DNA from: Nemertoderma westbladi | Lineage: Eukaryota; Animalia; Xenacoelomorpha | Length of the DNA stretch: 42,077 nucleotides | Reading direction: 5' to 3' | Assembly: GCA_032718475.1 (NCBI GenBank) | Contig: JAUCBJ010005608.1 | Coordinates: 1 to 42,077 of the forward strand | In this document: piece by piece, positions 9,869-21,402 of the stretch | How the letters are laid out: every line of letters starts with the position of its first letter | How positions within the stretch are numbered: position 1 is the stretch's first letter | Translations under genes and position numbers: made by a program | Notes under the pieces: model-generated | Told to the model about the DNA's origin: nothing | Databases searched by the model: none | The model's input: only the letters and a program-made list of their open reading frames with translations

Positions 9869-12800
9869 GTGTCGTCCATCAGGAAAACCACGGGTGCCAC
9901 AAGTAAGCACAATAAAAGTAGTAAAACCAGCAGGTGGCAGGAGTCCATCGCAACCGAAAAGTCCACTACATCTTCCGCGAAAGCAAGAAGGCTGTTAGAA
10001 ATAGATCTGGCGCGTCAGCTGGACATGGTCACGTTAGACCAAAAGGAATTAGAAAGGCAGTTGGATGTGGGGACTGCGTTGTTAGAAAGGGAAAGGGAGT
10101 TAGTGAGAGAGTGTAAAGAGAGAGCCGAGAAAGTGGTGAGAGAGTGTAGAGAGAGGGCTGCGAGGGAAGCGGACGAGCATAGAGAAAGGGACGAGATAGA
10201 AGTGAACGAGCGTAAAGAGCAAGACATGAGGGAAGCAGAAAGGGTTGAGAAAGAAGTGAATCTGAATGAGTATAAAGAGCAAGACATGAGGGAATCAGAA
10301 AGGGTTGAGAGACAGGTGAACGAGTGTAAAGAACAAGAGGCGAGAGAAGCAGAGTTAGCTGATCAGAGTATTAGAGAGGATAGGGAGAGAGAGATGGCTA
10401 GTAAAAGAATGCGGGATGATATGCATACCCAGTTGAGGGGGTTAAAGCAGCATCAGGCAAAACAAAAGTGCCGATTAGAACTGGCAAATTGGGTTTATCA
10501 GAAAGTGAGGCTGGTTCGGGAAGTATTTATGAGGAACCAGTGGTCATGGAAACTTTTGTTAATACCCCACTTCTGGGACTGGATGGCAATTACAAGACTG
10601 GTGTAACTGGATGGATGGGGTGGCCATGGATGACATTACGTTTAATGACAATATTAATATTAATAATACCGTACTTGATAATCCCAATACCAATGAGGGT
10701 ACTTTTCTTACAGGAAATAATGTTTTAATAAATAATGATAATACTAATACTGGTGCAATAAATAATTCAAATAGGGGGTGGCAGCGAACAAAATAATTTA
10801 AATATTAATTTAAATAATAATGGTGAACAAAATAATCTAAAGAATAATTTAATAAATAACAACGGGCAAAGTAATGACGGTATAATTAATACAAATAACA
10901 GCAACACATATTTCGCCTAGCAGGTACCTACAAGGCTGCGTGGAGATGCAGTGGGAGAAGGAGGCGAATGAACCCAGAGGGGATAGAAGCGATGTGTCGA
11001 CTAGAAGGGAGCGTGGGGAAATAAATGAAGGGGGCGTAACTAGAAGTGATGGGTGGGAAGGGGGCTACGGCCACCCCACCGCAACCAGTTAGTGACGAGA
11101 GGTGGGGGGAGGGGGGGGCAATACATGCCTCACAGATGTCGGTGGGGAATGCACATGGTGAGTTAAGTGAACCGGGGCTCCCAGCAACGGAGGGGAATAG
11201 AGTGTCAGCAAATATCTATGAGGGCATATAACCGGGTAGGGGATGAGGCGCTCATGGCCAAACGAAGGAACGTCAAACCCATTCGGAAGATGGAAGGAGA
11301 ACAGTAGGTTTCATCCGGGAGATCGAAATGAGATCTCATGAACATAGATATAACGCTGGGAGTGAACGATGTGATGGGGGAGAGATATAAGCGAGAACAC
11401 GTTGCTACGGGCAACCAGTGGTGTCGAGATAGGATGGACAGCGAACTGTTGATAGTTGAAATGGAGGGAGAGAACCAGTGGGGCTGTACTTCGGGAGATT
11501 GCCATCACCCCAAAGGAGCACAGCCTGGTGATGTATACTACACACCGGGAGAGGGGTATAGAATATACTGAGAGGAAGAAGATGAGATAAGAAGAAGGGA
11601 ACAAAGGGAAACTTCCCATACGAACGTAACTCCGATTGATGATATGGTAGTTGCGGGGAGGAGTTCTCGGAATATTCGAGAAGATTTAACTTCAGTCTGG
11701 AGGACCACATTCAGACTGCAGGACATACTGTAGGCCTTACTGAACATAATTTAGGCCATGCTGGTAGAGATAGTGTAGGGGAGGATTGGGTAGCATGAAT
11801 GCCGGGATTAGATCTGGAAGTCGCAGCTTACATACCGGTGAGTAGGCAAGAACCTGCTAGGCCTATATACCTGCACACCAGTATGACTATAATATGGAAG
11901 GATATAATATATACCCAGGGGGAGGGAGGGGGGGTATTGCAGATAAGTGTATAGGTCCCAATATAATGACATCAACCCCAGTGCAGAATATAGCGCTTGT
12001 AGGGGGAGGACAGGGTAATATACTGTATCTGCAATATACACAACCAAGTAAGATAAAAATTACAACCCCCTCAGATCCAAATAAATCATGTGACACCGAG
12101 ATATGGAGGAGGGGACCATTGCCCCCAATGATATATCCTACTCAAGGAAACTCGACGAACCTAGGAGGCAAAGCATCATCAGTATGTAAGGAGCCTACAT
12201 CCGTACCATCCAATGCATTGGAAATTCAGGCGATGGGAATGGCAGCACTCATTGATGCGCTAAAAACTAGGATGGAGCTACCACCAGTGGAGCCTTTCAA
12301 GTTTGATGGTAGTAAGCCGGAAGAATATCTGCAGTTCCGGAGGATGTATAGTAATGAAATACATACGAAAGATCTGACACGAGCAGAGTGCCTTAAGTAT
12401 TTACAAGTTTATATAGGGGGGCCAGCCTATGATATTGTAATGCAATACCAGGGAATTGAAGGCTATCGAATTGACTATCGATTGCAACCAGTGGCAGGCA
12501 TTGCTGAAGGAGATTGACTAGCTTATACTGGGAGGTTTTGACTATGCCACAGATATGCCGTAGGAGGACATAGGAAGGATAGATATCGAAAACATGTAAA
12601 GATGATAGGAGAGAAAGGGCAGTCGATAACAACATTAATGTTGATTGACAGTGGGGCAGAATTTATGCTAACTGAAAACTGGGTGGCCGAACAACTGGGA
12701 TTAAAGACAAAGCCGAGTAAAATGGCAGTGACCACAATATATACCAAAGATGAGGTCATGCCAATGAGAACAGGACGGTGTCAAATAGGAGCCATAACAC

Positions 12801-15800
12801 CAGGATGTGACTATAGGGCTACCATAGAGCACATTCAGATCATCAATGCCAGGCAACCAACGAAGATCGAAACCGAACAATACTGGTACCTGGACTGCAT
12901 CGACTTCTCGATGCCTGAACTTGATGTCCCAAAAGTTTCTCTCAATGTCAGCATGGACTGCCCGACGGCCTATGAGAGACTACAACCATCTTTGGCGATG
13001 ATAGAGAGCGAGACCCAGTGGCTATCCTAATGCCATTCAGATGGATGATCAGTGGCCCAATAAAAACGAAAATTCCAATTAGTGTATCCGAATCCTCAGT
13101 TTGCCGGTTTGCCGGGATGATGAGGAATGTAGAACATTAAGGAGTGGAAGAACAGCTCAAAAGGCTGCTACGGCAGGATTTCGAGGGATTAAAGGAGGTT
13201 GGAGTGGGAACCTCAGTGGAGGATAAGCAGGCGCAGGAGAGCATCATGAGGTTGATGAAGTGTGAGGGGGGCAATATACCATAGGCATAGTATGGAATGA
13301 ACCAAAGTTGCCCCTGCCTAACAACAGGAGGATGGTCGAGATAAGACTCCGGAAATTAAAGCAAACGCTTAAATGGAGTCTGGAGAAAAATGATTACATA
13401 CACAAAACAATAAAGAAGTATGTAGATCGGGGGTGGGCCGTGGAACTACCAGTAGACGAACCAGACACTGACAGAATAACAGATGGCAATGACAAACCAT
13501 CAACCATACCAATGTACAAGATGTTTGTCCAGAACATGGGGGCGAAGTCGTCTTCATTCACTACAACCACAGTGGTGAGAGACACGGTTAAGGGTAAGGA
13601 AGCAGAGTATAGAAAGGAGGCGATCGATATGATTCGAAACGGATTCTACGTAGATGATGGGATGGGTTCAGGGAACAGGCCACAAAGTTCACGACATCCT
13701 GAAAAAATCAGGTTTCAACTTAGATTCCAATGCATCCCTGGAAGCATATGGTGCAGCACTTTATTTGGTGCAGCGAAAGGTGACTCACAAACCCAGACTA
13801 GCATTTAGTAAAGCAAGGTCGACGCTGCCAGATTCAGCATCAGTACCAAAACTAGAACTAACTGCTGTGAGATTGGGAGCGAGAGCAACGGCATATTTGG
13901 TGGATACAATACCAAGTATAGTGGAAACATACTATTGGACGGATTCCATAGTGGTACTAGGATGGCTACATAATGAGAAGACGCGCTATCCCATATTTGT
14001 GGCGAACCGAGTGGATGAGATAAGAGCAACAATGGACTTGGATAAGTGCACTACTGCCCAACTGATGACAACCCGGCAGACTTGCTATCGAGAGGCGTAC
14101 AACACCACGATTTCTCGGGAAAGCAAGAGTTGTGGCAGCATGGTCCACACTTCCTAAACAACAGGTCGAAGTGGCCACCAATGAGGAAGGTAGATCCAAA
14201 GGGAGAGGAAGTATTGGTGGAAGAAGAGGGAAACGAATTGGAGGGAGGGGGATATTCAGCCAGTTAGTGGGGTAGATCAATGAGATGCCATCACAACCTA
14301 AGGTGATAGACTCAAGCGAAAACTCAACAGATAAGTTGCTCAGTTACAGCTCTAGCTGGTATAAGATGAAGAAGCTAATGGCATATCTGAGACCTTATGG
14401 AGAATTCCTTAGGGGAGCCGGTACGGGCGGGAAGCGCAAACCTACCATTGATCTGGAAGGAGCGGCCAAAGCTGTATTACGATACGAGCAAGGTAAGGGA
14501 TTCGGAAACGAAATCAAACGCATTAAGAACCAGCAACGACTCCGACAAGACAGCAGGATCCATGCGCTGTCGCCTCAACTGGACGAGGACTGCATCCTGG
14601 TAATGAACTCCAGGGTAGCCAATAACACCAGTGCCTTAGTTCCACCAAAGCCAGTAATAGTTCCCAACAAATCACCAATAGCCCACTAGATCATATTGGG
14701 GGATGCCCATAAGACCATAAATCAGGGCGGCACTAATGCAACCCTAAATGAGATCAGGAAGAAGTACTGGATAACCCAACTTAGAAAGATGGTAAAGGTG
14801 GTAGTGGCGCAGTGCCAAACCTGTCGACAGATGAAGAAGGAGAGAGCCATACAGGAGATGGCACCATTGCTAATGACTAGGGTGAGACATCATGATCTAC
14901 CGTTTACACATAGCGGTATGGACATGTTTGGTCCAATAAAGATAAAGGTGTTGCGACATACCGAGAAGCACTATGATATAATCTTCGTGTGTAACAACAC
15001 AAGGGCAGTGGCGATAGAACTGGCGCAGGATGCGACGGCATCGGCATTTATTAATGCACTAAAGCGATTCATGATCTGATGAGGAGGAACAGTCAAAGTC
15101 CTTTATTCTGATAATGGCACGAACTTCATTGGAGCAGAGAATGAGTTGGCGGAGGCCTTCAATATTCTAGAGGGAGAGGATGTTAAAGGGGTGATGAGGA
15201 AGCACCTGATTAAATGGGAAAGGAGGACACCATATGCACCACATATGCTGGGTTGCGTAGAATGTCTGGTTGGCAGCTCAAAACGGCTGATGACGAAACT
15301 TCTCAATAATCATATGGTGACAGAGGGTGGATGTATTGAGAATGGTGCTGGTGAAGTGTGAGGGGTTAATTAACAGCCACCAACGGTATCCCGAGAACGA
15401 TGATCTAGAGTCATTGGACGTTCTGACACCAGCACATCTACTGAGGGAGAGGCCAGCGGATATACATATGCGATATATCGATGGGGACGATATAAACTCG
15501 CGACAGAGTTGGAGGTAGAGGGAGAGGACGTTAAAGGGGCGATGAGGAAGCACCTGAGTAAATGGGAAAGGAGGACGCCATATGCACCACATACGCTGGG
15601 TTGCGTAGAACGTCTGGTTGGAAGCTCAAAATGGCTGATGACGAAACTTCTCAATAATCATATGGTGACAGAGGATGTATTGAGAATGGTGCTGGTGAAG
15701 TATGAGGGGGTAATTTACAGCCACCCACTGTATCCTGAGAATGATGAACCAGAGTCATTGGACATTCTGATATCAACACATCTACTGAGAGAGAGGCCAG

Positions 15801-16170
15801 CGGATATAGATATGCGATATACCGATGAGGATGATATAAACTCGCGACAGAGTTGGAGGGTAGCTAGGGCGATTGGTGCAGAGTATTGGAAAAGGTGGAT
15901 TCAATAGTACCTACCAATGCTGCACAAGAAAAGCAAGTGGAGGAATAACCAATGGGAATTGAGGAAAGGCAATTTAATAATCATGACGGATGATTCGATC
16001 ATCAACAACCAGTAGAGGCTAGCTAGGGAAGTTGAGTGTTACCCAGGGGAGGATGGGAAGATTAGATCCATGGAGTTCAAGATCGGAGGAAAGATTGGGG
16101 CAAAGGATAGGAAGACCTACAAGAGGGAAATAAGGGAAGTGTTGCCTATTGGAGGGAATGCCCTATTAAG
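9869..16170 (+). pseudogene. BEL/Pao gag-pol pseudogene with frameshifts, stops and deletions
   Basis: Motifs in order: gag FDGSKPEEYLQF; protease LIDSGA; RT FYVDD; RNase H SNASLEAYGA, PKLEL, YYWTDS, VANRV, DNPADLLSRG; integrase H-H-C-C, GMDMFGP, SDNGTNFIGA. This is the PR-RT-RH-IN order of BEL/Pao. Confidence 0.92.
15168..15859 (+). repeat. Tandem duplication of about 348 bp inside the integrase region
   Basis: 15168-15515 and 15516-15859 both start tagagggagagga and end cgcgacagagttggagg. The copies have diverged at multiple positions. Confidence 0.92.
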
Positions 16171-16698
16171 TTGAGTCATCCAATAAATTGGACTGAGGGG
16201 GGGTGGTAATGAGGGCGATACACCCTTCCCACAAAATAAAACATAAAAATAGTAAAATAATAAAATAAAATAAAAATATAATTACGTAAGCTCTATGAGT
16301 ACAAACGTACTAATGTACATACATACGTACGTCTGTACAGTACACCTGTATTAACGTATATATTATGTAGGTTTAGATTAACATTACATATGTCCGATGA
16401 GTACAAATATACTAATGTACATAGAAAGTACATCTGATGAGTACACCTGTACTAATGTACATAGTATTTAGGAGTATTTAGCATGAGTTAACCAGTGGAG
16501 CTGCTGTAGATCAGTACTTTGAGTCGGCAGTAGTTCACCAGTGGAGCTGCTGTAGATCAGTTTGACACACAGTACTGATTATACTGAGCCTTTGTAGTTT
16601 GCCGATAATTGGAAGCGATCCGCCCCTTGTGAGTGCTGCGGTTTAAAAGAACAGTCGCGGACAAGGATAGTATATAGTAGAGACGACTGAATATTTCG

Positions 16699-19600
16699 AT
16701 GGTGGTCTGTTGCGGTTGCAACCCTAAAGCGGGCCGATGTTTGAAGTGCGTGTGCGCCCGTACGGGCAGAAAATGCACAGACTGCGCGCCTTCTAAGTGG
16801 GGAAACTGTACGAACTCTGGTGGACAAGTAGCGCGGTCCTCCAGTGCGGTCTCTCAACTTTCCTGCTCACAACCCCAGCCAACTAGAGACGCCTTGCAGA
16901 TGCCTGCGCTAGGGACCCTTTCTCAGCCAACGGATAGCGCATTCGGTATATCCGGCAACGACACTCTGTTAGACTTAGACGATACCATAAATGGGGACAA
17001 AGTAAGCCAATCCCATCCTCTAATATCGGTTCCTAGCCAGTCGGATCCCCCATTGTCGGTTGATGCTCTGTCGGGTCCCCCAGTGTCGGTTGGTGCTCAG
17101 TCGGGTCCCTCAGTGTCGGTTGGTGCTCAGTCGGGTCCCCCAGTGTCGGTTAGTGCTCAGTCGGGTCCCCCAGTGTCGGTTGGTGCCCCGTCGGGTCCCT
17201 CAGTGTCGGTTGGTGCTCAGTCGGGTCCCCCAGTGTCGGATGGTGCTCAGTTAGGTCCCACAGTGCCGGCTGGCGCCCAGTCGGGTCTCCCAGTGTCGGT
17301 TAGTGCTCAGTCGGGTACCCCAGTGTCGGTTGGTGCCCCGTCGGGTCCCCCAGTGTCGGTTGGTGCTCAGTCGGGTCCCCCAGTGTCGGATGGTGCTCAG
17401 TTATGTCCTACAGTGTCGGCTGGTGCTCAGTCGGGTCTCCCAGTGTCGGTTAGTGCTCAGTCGGGTCCCCCAGTGTCGGTTGGCGCTAAGTCGGGTCCCC
17501 CAGCGTCGGTTAGTGCTCAGTCGGATTCCCCAGTGTCGTTTGGTGCACAGTCGGGTCCCCCAGTGTCGGTTGGTGCTCAATTGGGTCCCCCCGTGTCGGT
17601 TGGTGCTCAGTCAGGTCCCCCCGTGTCGGTTGGTGCTCAGTCGGGTCCCCCAGTGTTGGTTGGTGCTCAGTCGGGTCCCACAGTGTCGGTAGGTGCTGCG
17701 TCGGTTCCCCTGGTGTCAATCGGTGCTCATTCGGGTCAACCTGTGTCGGTTGGTGCTCAGACGCGTCCCCCTGTGTCGGTTGGTGCTCAATCGGGTCCCC
17801 CCGTGTCGGTTGGTGCTCAGTCAGGTTCCCCAGTGTCGGTTGGTGTCCAGTCGGGTCAACCTCTGTCGGTTGCTGCTCAGTCGGGTCCACCTGTGTCGGT
17901 TGGCGCCCATTCTGGTCCCGATGTGCCTGTTGGTGCTCAGTCCAGTCCCCCAGTGCCGGTTAGTGCTCAGTCGGGTCCCCCAGTGTCAGTTGGTGCTCAT
18001 TCGGGTCCTCCAGTATCGGTTGGTGGTCAGTCAAGTCCCGGAGTGTCGGTTGGTGCTCAGTCCGGTCCCCCAGTGTCGGTTGGTGCTCAGTCGGGTGGTA
18101 CTCAGTCGGGTCAACCTGTGTCGGTTGGTGCTCCGTCTGGTCAACCTGTGCCGGTTGGTGCTCAGTCGGGTCCCCCAGTGTCGGTTGGTGCTCAGTTGGG
18201 TCCCATCATGCCGGTTGGTGCTCAGTCGGGTCAACGTGTGTCGGTTGGTGCTCAGTCGGGTCAACCTGTGCCGGTTGGTGCTCAGTCGGGTCCCCCAGTG
18301 TCGGTTGGTGCTCAGTCGGGTCCCCCAGTGTCGGTTGGTGCTCAGTCGGGTAAACCTGCGGCGGTTGGCGCGCAGTCCGGTCACCCAGTGTCGGTTGGTG
18401 CTCGGTCGGGTCAACCTGTGTCTGTTGGTGCTCAGTCGGGTCCCCCAGTATTGGCTGATGCTCAGTCTGGTCGACCTTCGGCGGTTGGTGCTCAGTCCGG
18501 TCCCCCAGTGTCGCCAAACACTACAGTGCCTCCTACCGCCAGGGGGCACGGGTCTAATGCTGTCGCCTGGTTTGGGACCAGCTTACATTTAGACGTGTTC
18601 GCCGAATCAGTCCATAAGGTGCACGACGCGATCGTACATTGGCGCCCCAACCTATTCCTCCTACCCCCCGGTGCGATCGGATGCGAAGTGGTTCAGGAGA
18701 TGACTCGGCTGCTAAATATGTTTAATGCAGGGTCACCATCTGGCGAGGCGGCGCTCACCGCGCAATTTATCTTACCCGCTCTGCTGCTACAGAAGCCCAG
18801 CCGCACTTCAACCACCGCGACCCACCGGAGAATTCTAGAACGCCGTATTTCTTCGTGGAAGTCAGGCGAGATTATCGAGCTGTTTAACGAGGCCAGGGCC
18901 ATACAATCCCACCTCCCAAAGGTTTCGGCCCGGGCCAAACAACTCAGGAATACCGCGGCGGAGAGGGCTTTCTGTAAGCATATGTTAACGGGAAACGTTT
19001 CTGCGGCAGTGCGTACGCTGGATGAGATGGCCAAGGGTCAAGTGTTGAACCTGGATGAGGTAATCACCGACAAACATGGGGTTCGCAAGTCGGTTCGCGA
19101 GTTCCTCCTGGACAAACACCCCCCTCCAGCTCCAGCCCACGAGTCCACCCTTATCGGTGAGTCTGATGACGCTCCCGAATATCACAGCGTCATATTCGAG
19201 AGGATAGACGCTCAGTTGATCCAATCGATGTTTCTGCGCTTCCGGGGAACAGCAGGAGGGCCATCTGGTCTCGATGTCCAGGGCTGGAAGCACCTCGCGA
19301 CACGGTTCCGCAACCCTTCTGTCGACCTGTGCACCAGCATCGCAAATACGGCGAAGAGGATGGCCCAATCTTCGAATGACCCGCGCGAGCTGGCATCCTT
19401 GCTAGCCGCCCGTCTCGTCGCTATCGATAAGTGTCCCGGGGTCCGCCCAATAGGAGTCGGAGAGGTCTTGCGGAGGGTCATCGGGAAGGCTATCATTAGC
19501 TGTATCTCGGAGGATCTCCAGAGCGTGGGCGGTACCACCCAGATGTGCTGCGGCCAGAAGGCAGGTATCGAGCACGCCATCCACAGCCTGAATGACGCGT

Positions 19601-21402
19601 TTGCGAGCGACGACTGCGAGGCGGTGCTGCAGGTGGACGCGAACAACGCGTTCAACTCGTTGAACCGCGCCGCAGCACTGCACAATATCCGCCATGTCTG
19701 TCCCTCTCTCCACACCGTTGTATCGAACTGTTACTCCCTCCCAACGAAGCTTTACATAGGCGGGGAGTTCATATTATCGGCCGAAGGATCAACCCAGGGC
19801 GACCCCATTGCTATGCAGATGTACGCGATGGGATCGATGCCGCTGATCGGCGAGCTGGACGACGCGTCGGAGGTCCTTCAGAAGTGGTATGCCGATGACG
19901 CGAACGCGGCGGGAACATTGGTAGAGCTCCGTAAGTTCTGGGACCTGTTGGCGGAACGAGGGCCGCTGTACGGTTACAACCCCACAAAGTGTCACTTGCT
20001 CGTAAAGCCGGATCTGCTGGAGGAAGCTAAGCGGATGTTCCCCGAGGAATGTTTTACCATCGGGACTGCTGGGAACAATCTCCTCGGTGGAGTGATCGGG
20101 AACGCTGAGTACCGGGAGGAGTTCGTCCGGAAGAAGGTCGACGAGTTTGTCGCCCAGTTACATCAACTCAGCAAGGTCGCAGCAATCGACCCGCACTGTG
20201 CCTACGCCGGCCTAGCTATCGGATTAGTTGCTCGATGGAGGTTCATCGCAAGGGTTGTCCCGGGGGCCATGGATTTCTTCGAGAAGCTCGAGGAGTCCGT
20301 CGTCCAGTTCCTCCAGGGCCTGACCAACCGCCCCGTCATCACTCCCGAGGAGCGCGGGCTGCTCTCGCTACCAGTTCGCCACGGCGGGCTAGCGATCCCG
20401 ACTCCCGAGGACTTACGAATCGAAAACGGCAACTCCAGGTGGATCTGCGAACCGTTTACGGAGGCCGTGGAACCGGTCGCTATAAGGGAGGCGCAAAAGT
20501 TCATCGCCACCCGGATCAAGGCGAGGGCCGTGCCGGCACTGAAGGAAAAGGTGGAGTCGGTTAGTTCGGACCTACCCGAGAATCAACGGAGGTTGACGGA
20601 GCTCGTGGCGGAACCTGGCGCCTCGGCCTGGCTCAACGCGCGCCCCATAACCCTCCACGATACCCACCTAACTAAAGAGGAGTTCCGCGACGCATTGTGT
20701 CTGCGTTATGGGTGGCAGCCCGAGTCGCTCCCAGCCCGTTGTGCCTGTGGGACAAGATTTTCAACAAACCACATCTTGTCTTGTCCCACCGGCGGTTACC
20801 CGTCAATTAGGCACAACGAGCTCCGGGATTTCGTCGCCACAACGTTAACCGAGGTCGCTCATAACGTTGCCATCGAGCCGCACCTGCAGCCAATCACCGG
20901 CGAGCAGTTCTCCCGCACGTCCACTTCCGTGGACCAACAAGCTCGGTTGGACGTGTCGGTCTCCGGGTTCTGGGGGAATCGATATCAAAAGACGTACATA
21001 GATGTATCCGTCTTCAACCCCCTCGCCCCGACCAACGCCGCAATGGACGTCGACGCAGCCCACCTATTCCACGAAACCCGGAAACGCAACAAATATCTGG
21101 AACGGATCCGGGAAGTCGAGCACGCCACGTTCACCCCGCTGATATTCTCAGCGTTGGGGGGAATATCTCCCTCCACGACGCTGTTCGTGAAGCACCTCGC
21201 TTCAAAGCTGGCGGACCGGCGCGAGCTGCGCTACTCGGAGTGCGTGAGCTGGGTGCGGAGGCAGTTCAGCTTCGCGCTGCTGCGGGCCTCCCTGATGTGC
21301 ATAAGAGGGTCGAGATCGGCACGGAAACGCCCAGTATTTGTTGGGGCAGAAGCATCGCCGTCCATCTTGCTGGCCAACGCCGACACAAGGGTGGGACAGT
21401 AG
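16699..21402 (+). CDS. 1567-aa retrotransposon protein: Cys-rich N-terminus, 10-aa repeat region, reverse transcriptase, CCHC knuckle, restriction-like endonuclease
   Basis: RT motifs RPIGVGEVLRR, VDANNAFNSLNR, QGDPIAM and WYADD. Zinc knuckle CACG...HILSC...RHNELRD. Endonuclease RLD...IDV...E-x2-K-x2-KY and FTPLIFSALGG. No internal stops. Confidence 0.95.
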   Translation: MVVCCGCNPKAGRCLKCVCARTGRKCTDCAPSKWGNCTNSGGQVARSSSAVSQLSCSQPQPTRDALQMPALGTLSQPTDSAFGISGNDTLLDLDDTINGDKVSQSHPLISVPSQSDPPLSVDALSGPPVSVGAQSGPSVSVGAQSGPPVSVSAQSGPPVSVGAPSGPSVSVGAQSGPPVSDGAQLGPTVPAGAQSGLPVSVSAQSGTPVSVGAPSGPPVSVGAQSGPPVSDGAQLCPTVSAGAQSGLPVSVSAQSGPPVSVGAKSGPPASVSAQSDSPVSFGAQSGPPVSVGAQLGPPVSVGAQSGPPVSVGAQSGPPVLVGAQSGPTVSVGAASVPLVSIGAHSGQPVSVGAQTRPPVSVGAQSGPPVSVGAQSGSPVSVGVQSGQPLSVAAQSGPPVSVGAHSGPDVPVGAQSSPPVPVSAQSGPPVSVGAHSGPPVSVGGQSSPGVSVGAQSGPPVSVGAQSGGTQSGQPVSVGAPSGQPVPVGAQSGPPVSVGAQLGPIMPVGAQSGQRVSVGAQSGQPVPVGAQSGPPVSVGAQSGPPVSVGAQSGKPAAVGAQSGHPVSVGARSGQPVSVGAQSGPPVLADAQSGRPSAVGAQSGPPVSPNTTVPPTARGHGSNAVAWFGTSLHLDVFAESVHKVHDAIVHWRPNLFLLPPGAIGCEVVQEMTRLLNMFNAGSPSGEAALTAQFILPALLLQKPSRTSTTATHRRILERRISSWKSGEIIELFNEARAIQSHLPKVSARAKQLRNTAAERAFCKHMLTGNVSAAVRTLDEMAKGQVLNLDEVITDKHGVRKSVREFLLDKHPPPAPAHESTLIGESDDAPEYHSVIFERIDAQLIQSMFLRFRGTAGGPSGLDVQGWKHLATRFRNPSVDLCTSIANTAKRMAQSSNDPRELASLLAARLVAIDKCPGVRPIGVGEVLRRVIGKAIISCISEDLQSVGGTTQMCCGQKAGIEHAIHSLNDAFASDDCEAVLQVDANNAFNSLNRAAALHNIRHVCPSLHTVVSNCYSLPTKLYIGGEFILSAEGSTQGDPIAMQMYAMGSMPLIGELDDASEVLQKWYADDANAAGTLVELRKFWDLLAERGPLYGYNPTKCHLLVKPDLLEEAKRMFPEECFTIGTAGNNLLGGVIGNAEYREEFVRKKVDEFVAQLHQLSKVAAIDPHCAYAGLAIGLVARWRFIARVVPGAMDFFEKLEESVVQFLQGLTNRPVITPEERGLLSLPVRHGGLAIPTPEDLRIENGNSRWICEPFTEAVEPVAIREAQKFIATRIKARAVPALKEKVESVSSDLPENQRRLTELVAEPGASAWLNARPITLHDTHLTKEEFRDALCLRYGWQPESLPARCACGTRFSTNHILSCPTGGYPSIRHNELRDFVATTLTEVAHNVAIEPHLQPITGEQFSRTSTSVDQQARLDVSVSGFWGNRYQKTYIDVSVFNPLAPTNAAMDVDAAHLFHETRKRNKYLERIREVEHATFTPLIFSALGGISPSTTLFVKHLASKLADRRELRYSECVSWVRRQFSFALLRASLMCIRGSRSARKRPVFVGAEASPSILLANADTRVGQ
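17011..18510 (+). repeat. In-frame 30-bp coding minisatellite (SGPPVSVGAQ), about 50 copies
   Basis: Consensus tcgggtcccccagtgtcggttggtgctcag, with one 15-bp half unit at 18091-18105. Confidence 0.97.

Noticed and set aside
9869-10606. 245-aa coiled-coil ORF as a host trichohyalin-like gene
   Set aside because: It lies inside the BEL internal region on the same strand and is better explained as decayed gag N-terminal sequence.
16391-16460. ctgatga-gtac(acct)gtac as a hammerhead core (also at about 21613)
   Set aside because: The required GAAA does not follow stem II, and the motif is part of GTAC-rich repeats.
17060-18592. Long alternative-frame and antisense ORFs (RVPQCRLVLS, TEHQPTLGDP and STNRHWGTRL repeats)
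   Set aside because: These are shadow ORFs, because the 30-bp consensus unit has no stop codon in those frames.
18693-21176. Multiple antisense ORFs over the RT region
   Set aside because: Expected shadows of a GC-rich coding sequence, with no recognisable motifs.
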